The notes under the pieces were generated by a model. That model was not told where the DNA came from. It did no database searches and saw only the letters and a program-made list of their open reading frames with translations. The position numbers and the translations under genes are program-made. From the NCBI GenBank assembly GCA_964549925.1, contig CAZJXY010000053.1:1-13333 (forward strand): 13,333 nucleotides of DNA, read 5' to 3'. Shown here in pieces: positions 1 through 7,006 of the stretch. This DNA is from an uncultured Bdellovibrionales bacterium. Its GTDB lineage: Bacteria > Bdellovibrionota_C > UBA2361 > J135. The stretch's first letter is position 1. Every line of letters starts with the position of its first letter.

Positions 1-147
1 GCAAAATCCTTGATAACAAGGGCGGCACTAATTCTCTCAGAGAAGGGAGGCGGAACTGAGCGAGTAAGCTGGTTATTGGAAGAATGCCGCGAAATGCTAG
101 AATCCAAAGATGGACGTCTCCACCCGAACAGATCGACTCGATCGTAA
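1..147 (+). CDS. Possible 3' end of a gene entering from upstream; product unknown
   Basis: Frame 1 stays open from the window edge to a TAA at 145-147, 48 codons. Its translation (...ILSEKGGGTERVSWLLEECREMLESKDGRLHPNRSTRS*) looks like protein. The stop abuts the stop of the convergent minus-strand gene at 148-150. There is no start or motif support. Confidence 0.2.
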   Translation, partial: AKSLITRAALILSEKGGGTERVSWLLEECREMLESKDGRLHPNRSTRS

Positions 148-687
148 CTAGCCGATCCTGGCTAACAAACGCACTGGAGCTCCAGTAAAGGCTGATACAA
201 CTGGAACTGGTCCCGGACCGAAAGTGCGATCAATTAATGACGCCCAGCAGAGTACCGGAATCCCACGGAGCGTGGCTTTGTTATGGGCCTCCAAACTGGA
301 CCTGGCAGTGGTGATAACGTCCGTAACCAGAATTGTCTTGTGACCTCTATACTTTTCACCGAAGCCATTGTTCAATTTACTTTCTAAAAACTGCTCCAAA
401 GGGATCTCTTCTGACCCCGGGACGAGCTCACTAAGCACCGCGGCCAATCTTTCGGCAAAAAAGCTAAACCCACCCGGGAGTTTTAAAATCAACTCGGGAG
501 TTTGCGGATGGAAAACATCCAGAATTCTCTCCGCCACATACTGAGCACAGATGTTGAGATCTTCTTCGCTTAGGGCTTCTACGCGGTAATAAATATTACT
601 CTCGCAGCGACTTCCAATTGATACTGGTTCCTCAAACTCTTCAGTGATCCGGCTAAAAATTTCCGCAATCTCTTGATACGATGGCAC
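148..687 (-). CDS. Type I phosphoribosyltransferase, orotate PRTase (PyrE)-like, short form (179 aa)
   Basis: The C-terminal half aligns by eye to PyrE. KTILVTDVITTARSSLEAHNKATLRGIPVLCWASLIDRT matches [40 protein letters not shown], covering the PRPP-binding loop and the following beta strand. The N-terminal SIGSRCESNIYY resembles the PyrE KSGRKSPYFF region. The start is GTG at 685-687, preceded by AAGGAG with a 9-nt spacer on the minus strand. Confidence 0.6.
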   Translation of the reverse strand: MPSYQEIAEIFSRITEEFEEPVSIGSRCESNIYYRVEALSEEDLNICAQYVAERILDVFHPQTPELILKLPGGFSFFAERLAAVLSELVPGSEEIPLEQFLESKLNNGFGEKYRGHKTILVTDVITTARSSLEAHNKATLRGIPVLCWASLIDRTFGPGPVPVVSAFTGAPVRLLARIG

Positions 688-750
688 TTAATCGCTCTCC
701 TTGATCCCTTAAGTCTTTCGTAATCTATAACATACTATCTGCTGAAATTA

Positions 751-1173
751 CTACCGGATTGAAACAGTCCGTAAATTGGCGTTGGCCGCGTTTACCGCCA
801 TTGAAAGCGTTGCTGCTCGATTATCTGGTTGGGTGTAAAATGTATCAATTTCTTTAACTAAAGTCGTCGGCTTGCTCTCAAAAACATCGAATAGCATACG
901 AATCTTTTTTAAGCTCTCAAGGGAACGTGCAGGGTCAGATTGGCTATAGTTTAAAGCTATATCCACTATGCGGGTAGCGTCTTTGAGCGCCAACACGTAC
1001 CCGGCGATGAACTGCTCCTTTTGCTCTAGGTTAAGCAGCTTCCAGGTAGGATAAAAGCTTTCATTCTTTTCGGGAGAGGCTTCGACTTCACTAACCCCTC
1101 CACATCCAAGTTGAAGCACCGCCACGCTGAGCAGCATGAACAAGACAAAATGACTCAATCTCTTCAAACACAT
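751..1173 (-). CDS. Small secreted or lipoprotein-like protein of unknown function (140 aa)
   Basis: The N-terminus MCLKRLSHFVLFMLLSVAVLQLGCGG is a hydrophobic signal-peptide-like segment ending in Gly-Cys. The rest is hydrophilic. There is no obvious SD and no recognisable domain. Confidence 0.45.
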   Translation of the reverse strand: MCLKRLSHFVLFMLLSVAVLQLGCGGVSEVEASPEKNESFYPTWKLLNLEQKEQFIAGYVLALKDATRIVDIALNYSQSDPARSLESLKKIRMLFDVFESKPTTLVKEIDTFYTQPDNRAATLSMAVNAANANLRTVSIR

Positions 1174-1184
1174 AGCTAGCTACT

Positions 1185-1213
1185 CTGACAAAATGGTAAA
1201 GACTTGCTATAAA
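1185..1213 (+). promoter_or_regulatory. Candidate sigma70-type promoter for ispG: cTGACA, 17-bp spacer, TATAAA
   Basis: ctgaca lies at 1185-1190, followed by a 17-nt spacer and tataaa at 1208-1213. This sits about 40 nt upstream of the ispG ATG at 1255. The call rests on pattern match only. Confidence 0.3.
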
Positions 1214-1254
1214 ACACTGCTCCAAAGTGAGCAAGTATTATATCAACCTCGAAA

Positions 1255-2433
1255 ATGTCTTCTAACCCTATGAGCGTCAATTCACACCCAAGAGCGAAGA
1301 GAGTTACCAATCGAGTTAAGGTTGGCAGCACGGTTATTGGTGGCGGCGATTATATCCCCGTCCAGAGCATGTGCGCTACAAAGACCCAGGATATTGAAGC
1401 TACACTATCCCAGATCAAGTTACTCCAGAAACACGGAGCTGACATCATTCGAGTCGCCGTGGATAGTAAGAGGGATGTTGAAGCGTTGAGAAGTATTCGT
1501 GATGAAACCGATGCCAATCTGGTTGTTGATCTTCAGGAGAATTATAGGTTGGTTACAGAGCTTGCACCATTTGTGCAAAAAGTCAGATATAATCCCGGCC
1601 ATCTTCATCACCATCAGAAGGATGTAGCGGTTGAGGAGAAAGTTAAACTAATTGTAAATGCCGCAGGGGAATATGGATGTGCGCTGAGGATCGGAGTAAA
1701 TTTTGGTTCATTAGACCCGGCGCTTGCGGAACAGGGTATTGATTCACAAGATGTGGCGTTGGGATCAGCCGCCGCGCATGTCGAAATAATGGATAAACTG
1801 GGCTTTAAGGACTTTGTCGTTTCCTTAAAAAGTTCAGATCCTAACGATGTAATTGATATAAACAAAAAGTTTGCCGAACGCTTTCCAAAAGTACCTATTC
1901 ATTTGGGGGTTACCGAAGCTGGCCTTCTCCCTATGGGTGAGATTAAAACTAGAATCGCCTTTGAGAATCTTTTAGCTCTCGGCATCGGTGACACCGTTAG
2001 AGTTTCTCTAACTCTTCCCTTTGATAGGAAATATGAGGAGATTCTGGTTGGCAGACGAATCATCGAGGATGTCAAGGCGGGACGATTTAGATCGGTGCCT
2101 CGTTTTGAACAGAATGGTTTAAACATAATCTCTTGTCCTTCCTGCTCCCGAGTTGAAAACAGCGCCTTTGTTGAGTTGGCAGAGAAGGTTCGGGATCTTT
2201 CCGCATTTGCGGCCAACGAGAATTTGACGATTGCCGTAATGGGATGTCGAGTAAACGGCCCGGGCGAAACCGATGACGCTGATTTGGGTCTGTGGTGTGC
2301 GCCCAACCATGTAAATTTGAAGCGAAAATCAGAGCTTTTAGGGGCTTTTTCCTACGAAGAGATACTGCCTCGACTCAAGCTTGAGCTCGATCAGCTAATC
2401 GCCGCAAAGCATCAGCAGAAGCTCGTGGCTTAA
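1255..2433 (+). CDS. ispG: 4-hydroxy-3-methylbut-2-enyl diphosphate synthase (IspG/GcpE), MEP pathway
   Basis: The N-terminus [49 protein letters not shown] matches the IspG TIM-barrel start (VQSMTNT...DVEATV.QI...GADIVRV). The C-terminus has [12 protein letters not shown] and [12 protein letters not shown], which match CPTCSR and GCVVNGPGE, the [4Fe-4S]-binding cysteines. The 392 aa length is typical. Confidence 0.93.
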   Translation: MSSNPMSVNSHPRAKRVTNRVKVGSTVIGGGDYIPVQSMCATKTQDIEATLSQIKLLQKHGADIIRVAVDSKRDVEALRSIRDETDANLVVDLQENYRLVTELAPFVQKVRYNPGHLHHHQKDVAVEEKVKLIVNAAGEYGCALRIGVNFGSLDPALAEQGIDSQDVALGSAAAHVEIMDKLGFKDFVVSLKSSDPNDVIDINKKFAERFPKVPIHLGVTEAGLLPMGEIKTRIAFENLLALGIGDTVRVSLTLPFDRKYEEILVGRRIIEDVKAGRFRSVPRFEQNGLNIISCPSCSRVENSAFVELAEKVRDLSAFAANENLTIAVMGCRVNGPGETDDADLGLWCAPNHVNLKRKSELLGAFSYEEILPRLKLELDQLIAAKHQQKLVA

Positions 2434-2651
2434 ACAGCGAGGGTGCCGCTGGGATAAAAGGCTGTAATTTCGATAAATTACCGGTTAAACCAAAGCTGCA
2501 AACTCTCTAAGCACAGATTGAAAAAACTTAGTCATAACAGCTTCATAGGGCAGTAGATTAACGGTTTAGGAAGTATACTCTGGCATAGTAAGTTTTATGC
2601 GAGAGTATTTATTTTCTGCGGCAAAAAATGGCTTCGCCATTATTTTGCTCG

Positions 2652-2695
2652 CCCAACGATAACCGGTTTTGCTGTCAAAACCGGTTATCGTTGGG
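2652..2695. repeat. Perfect 19-bp inverted repeat with a 6-nt spacer; each arm contains the self-palindromic octamer AACCGGTT
   Basis: cccaacgataaccggtttt (2652-2670), then gctgtc (2671-2676), then aaaaccggttatcgttggg (2677-2695). The second arm is the exact reverse complement of the first. It lies 16 nt upstream of the GGAGG SD of the downstream gene. No U-tract follows on either strand. Confidence 0.7.
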
Positions 2696-2722
2696 TATTC
2701 CAAAATTCTCGGAGGTTTTCTC

Positions 2723-5164
2723 TTGGCGAACAACTCTTCGCAAAAGGCTAGACACCTATCGGTGGTCGATGCGAATTCGCAGCTAGACTCAGCTTCAGAA
2801 CTGATCGGTCGGTTAATATCGATCGAGAGTCTGCAGCCTGGTCACTCGGCCCAACTGAACCGCTACACCGAATTGGCGAAGATTTCTGGAACTATTGTTG
2901 GCGCTGTTTGTGGAGCGGAAAGCTGGGATGTTCGTCCAGTTGTGTTGCGAGCCGGGAGACTTTCAATTTATAGATTTACAAACCCTGCCTGGATCATCGA
3001 ACGAGCCAAACTCGATCACTTTAAAGTCCAGGTTGTACGGATTGGAGTTGAAAAATCAATCTATCTCTCCAGTGGAGAGAATCAGGGTCAAGCTTGGATT
3101 GAACGTCGTTACTTCGACGCGCTACTAGATGGCACCCAAAGCAATCAGCATGCCTTCTTTTCTCTGCATCCAGTAATCCAAGCACAAAATCTAATAACGC
3201 TTGTAGAATCGACTTCACAAAAAGGGATTGTCCACGGACACATTAACGCATCGAATGTCGCGGTCGACGGCGACTCTGCTTACCTAATCGACCACATCTT
3301 CAGATCTGTTGGTAGCAATGCTCAACAAACCGATATCGCACCGGAAGTTAGCGCCGGTCTAGGAGCCTCAAAACAGAGCGACATTTTCGGACTCGGTATC
3401 GTCCTTCGGACGGTACTAGGAACTCAACTTGGATATGATCATTCAGCTCTACTTCAAAAAATGCTTGCGGCGGAACCAAGTCAACGACCAACGTTTAATG
3501 AAATAAAAAGAGCGTTTGGACTCTCCGTGGAGCAGCAGTCGTCTGGTTCGGCGATTAAGGATGATCGCGGAAGAATTATAAATGCTGGTAGTGCTCTGCC
3601 GAGGGGGAAAGTCATTCAACCGGTTGAAGTAAATCTCAGCGCCGCGGTTCAGCCAATCGAAGTTAAACAGATTAGATCCATACCTACCGATCATATTTCG
3701 AAGCAAGTACCCTCCAGCGCTATCGAGAATAAGCAGAGTGTAGAAACAACAAGCGGCTTTGGCTTTGGATTATTAGTATTACTTGGACTCGCTCTGATTA
3801 CGGGACTCACATTGCAGCGTTCGGGGTATCTAAGCTCTAGCGAGAGCGTTACAGAGATATCCGAGCCACCCGCAGTTGCAGCACCAGATGCTTCTAAATT
3901 ATCAGCCCTGTGGTTTAGTTCGCAACCATCTTTGATGAGCGAGGTTGCAAGGCTTGCGGTAAAAAATGGCGATAGAGTTGCACAGTCAGTAATCGTTTCT
4001 CAGGCCCTGTCTGGACGAGAAGTACCAGCAGTCCGATCTGGATTAATCGCCACTGCATTCGATCCGGCTTGGGAGGCACAGTTGAGCGAAAGCGACCGGC
4101 GGCTTGCGATAGGGTTGGCCACCGCAGCAATCGCACCTGATAACTTAGTTGACCTTCCGGAACTTGGCACAGCCCATGCGGGAGTTGTCTTAGCTATGCT
4201 AGTCCAGATGGAGCCCCAGAGCGGATCTAAGGAACTTGCGGCCATTCCCGTCGGTACATTGGCTGTTTTACCCCAGCCCTACGGTCCGGCCTTTGCTGCG
4301 CTCCAGCGCGAAGGTGTAGGCTCAGTTGATGAGGTATCAGCGCAAGCGTTAGCCCATATCTTAAGGAATGGATTATCGCCTGAGTTAATTAAGATATTTC
4401 TGGCCGAGAATCCGCTTAAAAAACTGCTGATCATATTGCCGATGCTCTCCTCCAAAGGACGAGAGGCTCGAGAAGAGGTATGGAAGGTTATCTCGGAGCA
4501 TAATGATCTAAGATCCTTTACGGAGTGGTTTGCGCAAGAAAAGGCTCCAGAATGGGACAAAGTTGCCCCAGAACAGAAGCTCGCATTGGTAAGCGGCATA
4601 GTTATCACCGAGGGGTTAAACCAGCTTCAGATTGCAGATTTGATCACATTCCCTTCAGCTACAGTAAGGGCCGCTGCGAAAACAGCCTTAATTACAAAAT
4701 TGGGCAACTCAAGCCAGAAATTTTTGGAGTTCTTGCTCTCCCCATCAAATCGCCTAGATCGAGGCAGGGTACTGGCGCTCTTAACTACACTGATGTTGCC
4801 TGAAGAGGACGCCACCGCTTTGCTAATGAACTGGTTTGCCAAAAATCCAGACGCTGCGAGTATCGCTTCTATTCTGGTCTCTCGAAATGGCTTAAGTGAG
4901 ACGGACCAGTTGAGTGAGCAGGCCGCTGATTATCTACTAAAACTAAAATTTAAACCGACACTACCTCAGATTAAAGCTCTCTCTACCCACCCAGTCCCAC
5001 TTGCAAGAACGGTCGCCTACGTCAATCTGAATCCGATCGATCCTAAGGAACGCTCGCTACTACTTAATATGGCTAAAACAGAGCAGGATCCTAAGATTCG
5101 AGAAGCAATCCAGGCCAAAATAAAGATGGGCGACGAGATAAGGGCACTAAATCAAGCCCTCTAA
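2723..5164 (+). CDS. Single-pass membrane protein: N-terminal degenerate Ser/Thr protein-kinase-like domain (predicted pseudokinase), TM helix, C-terminal HEAT/PBS-lyase-like repeat domain
   Basis: The ORF track opens at TTG 2669. That TTG sits inside the palindrome and has no SD. An in-frame TTG at 2723 has GGAGG (2711-2715) with a 7-nt spacer, so I prefer it as the start.
- Kinase fold: a Gly-rich loop ISGTIVGAVCGA, then VVLRA in place of VAIK, with Lys replaced by Arg.
- Catalytic loop IVHGHINASNV in place of HRDLKPSN, at 3233-3241. The Asp and the Lys are both lost.
- LIDHIF in place of DFG, at 3290-3298.
- APE and the following DIFGLGIVL are retained, at 3338 onward.
- TM helix FGFGLLVLLGLALITGLTL at about 3755-3817.
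- A C-terminal domain of about 450 aa with repeated xxVRxAAxxALxxLG-type helix pairs, for example ATVRAAAKTALITKLG, PLARTVAYVNLNP and DPKIREAIQAKIKMG. Confidence 0.75.
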   Translation: MANNSSQKARHLSVVDANSQLDSASELIGRLISIESLQPGHSAQLNRYTELAKISGTIVGAVCGAESWDVRPVVLRAGRLSIYRFTNPAWIIERAKLDHFKVQVVRIGVEKSIYLSSGENQGQAWIERRYFDALLDGTQSNQHAFFSLHPVIQAQNLITLVESTSQKGIVHGHINASNVAVDGDSAYLIDHIFRSVGSNAQQTDIAPEVSAGLGASKQSDIFGLGIVLRTVLGTQLGYDHSALLQKMLAAEPSQRPTFNEIKRAFGLSVEQQSSGSAIKDDRGRIINAGSALPRGKVIQPVEVNLSAAVQPIEVKQIRSIPTDHISKQVPSSAIENKQSVETTSGFGFGLLVLLGLALITGLTLQRSGYLSSSESVTEISEPPAVAAPDASKLSALWFSSQPSLMSEVARLAVKNGDRVAQSVIVSQALSGREVPAVRSGLIATAFDPAWEAQLSESDRRLAIGLATAAIAPDNLVDLPELGTAHAGVVLAMLVQMEPQSGSKELAAIPVGTLAVLPQPYGPAFAALQREGVGSVDEVSAQALAHILRNGLSPELIKIFLAENPLKKLLIILPMLSSKGREAREEVWKVISEHNDLRSFTEWFAQEKAPEWDKVAPEQKLALVSGIVITEGLNQLQIADLITFPSATVRAAAKTALITKLGNSSQKFLEFLLSPSNRLDRGRVLALLTTLMLPEEDATALLMNWFAKNPDAASIASILVSRNGLSETDQLSEQAADYLLKLKFKPTLPQIKALSTHPVPLARTVAYVNLNPIDPKERSLLLNMAKTEQDPKIREAIQAKIKMGDEIRALNQAL
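3755..3817 (+). other. Predicted transmembrane helix of the pseudokinase protein
   Basis: Twenty-one consecutive hydrophobic or small residues, GFGFGLLVLLGLALITGLTLQ, flanked by polar sequence. It is the only such segment in the 831-aa ORF. Confidence 0.6.
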
Positions 5165-5249
5165 AGCAGTTGCAATCTCTCTCCCCAAGTCCTATCTATA
5201 CCCATCGGTGTATTATTGGTTAACCATATACGGTTAGATTTGGAGTGTT

Positions 5250-6023
5250 ATGGCACTTGTATCATTTCAGTTCGTAGAAAAGCAGGTTGGTCTTTTGACT
5301 TTCAATGACCCCGAGCGGCTTAATGCTATGGGAGAGGAGATGGCCAGTGAGTTTAAAGAGGCGATCTCGATGCTTTCTCGCGAAAAGAGTCTAAGGGTTC
5401 TAATTCTCAGCGGAGCCGGTCGCGCGTTTTCTGCCGGTGGCGATCTTGATATGTTGGAGAGAAAAACAAAACTCGCTGGTGAGGAGAATCGGCTAAAGAT
5501 GCTGGAGTACTACCGCTCGTTTCTGAGCATATTAGATCTTAATGTGCCTCTAATCGCTGCGATTAACGGACACGCAATAGGAGCAAGTCTGTGTCTTGCT
5601 TGTGCTTGTGATATTCGTATCGGGTCGGATAAAGCCAAGTTTGGGCTGACTTTCACCAAATTAGGACTCCATCCGGGGATGGGTGCAACATACTTGGTCT
5701 CACGAGCAGGCGGCGCCGCTAACGCTAATCTTTTGATGTTGACTGGAAGGACGGTTGAGGCAAGTGAGGCTCTTAGAATGGGGTTACTCTCGGAGGTCGT
5801 TGCACCGGAGAAGGTAATGGATCGAGCCAAGGAGGTTGCCGCTGAGATTTTAAGCTGTGCTCCTGAAGCGACTAGGCAGCTGCTTGGATCGTTGCGTCAG
5901 AATATTCCGAATTTAAATAGCGCTCTTGAACGAGAGGCTCTAGCTCAAAGTATTAATTATGCAGGGGCCGAGCTCAAAGAGGGTGTCAAAGCAGTTAAAG
6001 AGAAGCGATCCGCCAAATTTTAG
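5250..6023 (+). CDS. Crotonase-fold (enoyl-CoA hydratase/isomerase family) protein with non-canonical active site
   Basis: It has the crotonase oxyanion-hole motif RAFSAGGDLD. It aligns without gaps to E. coli PaaF over GHAIGASLCLACACDIRIGSDKAKFGLTFTKLGLHPGMGATYLV against [44 protein letters not shown]. The two catalytic Glu positions are Cys115 (codon tgt, 5592-5594) and Phe135 (ttc, 5652-5654). GGAG lies 5 nt upstream of the ATG. Confidence 0.85.
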   Translation: MALVSFQFVEKQVGLLTFNDPERLNAMGEEMASEFKEAISMLSREKSLRVLILSGAGRAFSAGGDLDMLERKTKLAGEENRLKMLEYYRSFLSILDLNVPLIAAINGHAIGASLCLACACDIRIGSDKAKFGLTFTKLGLHPGMGATYLVSRAGGAANANLLMLTGRTVEASEALRMGLLSEVVAPEKVMDRAKEVAAEILSCAPEATRQLLGSLRQNIPNLNSALEREALAQSINYAGAELKEGVKAVKEKRSAKF

Positions 6024-6046
6024 TATTAGCGTAAGGAGAACAAGAG

Positions 6047-7003
6047 ATGGAAGCATTTATCCCAGTAATGGTGGTAGTCGGATTGCCGCTTTTAATCATT
6101 TTGGCTTTCTCGTTTTATACTGTACAGCAGCAATCATCTGCTATCATTGAGCGCTTCGGAAAGTTTCAGCGCATTGCCGGTCCGGGGCTGAATTTAAAAA
6201 TCCCAATCATCGATCGAATCGCTGACCGAGTAACATTGCGGCTTCAACAGCTCGATGTTCGGATTGAGACTAAGACCGAAGATAACGTCTTTGTAACGAT
6301 ACTAGTCTCGGTTCAGTATTTCGTTAAGCCTGATCGGGTTTATGAGGCACACTACCGGCTTACGGATCCAGGTGCTCAGATTACTTCGTTTGTTTTTGAT
6401 GTGGTCAGAGCCAGAGTTCCGAGAATGAAGCTTGATGACGTTTTTGAGAAGAAAGATGAGATTGCTGATGCGGTGCGATCCGAGATCTCGGCGGTGATGG
6501 AGGAGTTCGGATACGGAATAGTAAAAACTCTAGTTACAGATATTGAGCCTGATGGTCACGTCAAGGCCTCTATGAATGAGATTAATGCGGCGCAGCGGAT
6601 GCGTGTTGCTGCTGTCGAGCGAGGAGAAGCTGAAAGAATCATGAAGGTCAAAGCCGCTGAGGCTGAGGCTCAGAGCAAGGCGCTTCAAGGAAAGGGTATC
6701 GCTGATCAACGACGTGCGATTGTAGATGGTCTAAGAGAATCGATCGATCACTTTCAAAAAGCCGTTCCGGGTGCGAGCGCTCATGATGTGATGAATTTAG
6801 TATTGATGACTCAGTACTTCGATACCATTAAGGAGCTGGGGCATGCTTCGCACACCAATACGATCTTGCTACCGCATTCACCGGGTGGATTGGGAGATCT
6901 GATCTCGCAGATTCGGCAGACTTTAATCAGTTCAAATTTAGTAAGCACCCAAGGAATGGAGAGGGTTGCCGACGGCGAAGTGCCGAAGATGAAGCAGTGG
7001 TAG
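6047..7003 (+). CDS. SPFH/band-7 (stomatin/HflC/prohibitin-like) membrane protein
   Basis: The N-terminal TM is FIPVMVVVGLPLLIILAFSFYTV. The SPFH-domain signature IIERFGKFQRIAGPGLNLKIPIIDRI follows. A C-terminal charged coiled-coil stretch rich in Ala/Glu/Arg reads AQRMRVAAVERGEAERIMKVKAAEAEAQSKALQGKG. A strong AAGGAG SD lies 8 nt upstream. The gene starts 23 bp after the crotonase stop. Confidence 0.85.
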   Translation: MEAFIPVMVVVGLPLLIILAFSFYTVQQQSSAIIERFGKFQRIAGPGLNLKIPIIDRIADRVTLRLQQLDVRIETKTEDNVFVTILVSVQYFVKPDRVYEAHYRLTDPGAQITSFVFDVVRARVPRMKLDDVFEKKDEIADAVRSEISAVMEEFGYGIVKTLVTDIEPDGHVKASMNEINAAQRMRVAAVERGEAERIMKVKAAEAEAQSKALQGKGIADQRRAIVDGLRESIDHFQKAVPGASAHDVMNLVLMTQYFDTIKELGHASHTNTILLPHSPGGLGDLISQIRQTLISSNLVSTQGMERVADGEVPKMKQW

Positions 7004-7006
7004 TTA

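Noticed and set aside
1420-2310. Minus-strand ORFs of 63-135 aa inside ispG (1420-1614, 1614-1865, 1899-2306, 2119-2310)
   Set aside because: They are antisense to a confidently identified, full-length ispG. Their translations are low-complexity and rich in Ser/Pro/Ala/Thr. They have no SD and no motifs. These are typical shadow ORFs.
2436-2481. Two small hairpins just after ispG (cagcg-N7-cgctg at about 2436-2452; gtaattt-cgat-aaattac at 2464-2481), considered as an ispG terminator
   Set aside because: The stems are only 5 and 7 bp. The longer one is AT-rich, and neither is followed by a T-run. They cannot be distinguished from chance, so I did not list them as features.
3758-3771. Short tandem nucleotide repeats (ggctttggctttgg at about 3758-3771; cttgtgcttgtg at about 5596-5607)
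   Set aside because: They are two-unit hexamer repeats inside coding sequence. They encode the GFGFG start of the TM helix and LACAC. That is a codon-level coincidence, not an SSR or contingency locus.
2895-4842. Several 65-109 aa ORFs on both strands overlapping the pseudokinase gene (2895-3128, 3021-3218, 3449-3706, 3915-4136, 4000-4245, 4279-4608, 4525-4803, 4627-4842)
   Set aside because: All lie inside the 800-aa frame, which has coherent domain structure. None has a ribosome-binding site or a recognisable motif.
5510-6150. ORFs 5510-5830 (-) and 5959-6150 (+) overlapping the crotonase and SPFH genes
   Set aside because: The overlapping frames have strong family motifs. The 5959-6150 frame runs through the crotonase stop, the SD and the SPFH start in another frame. 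No independent support.
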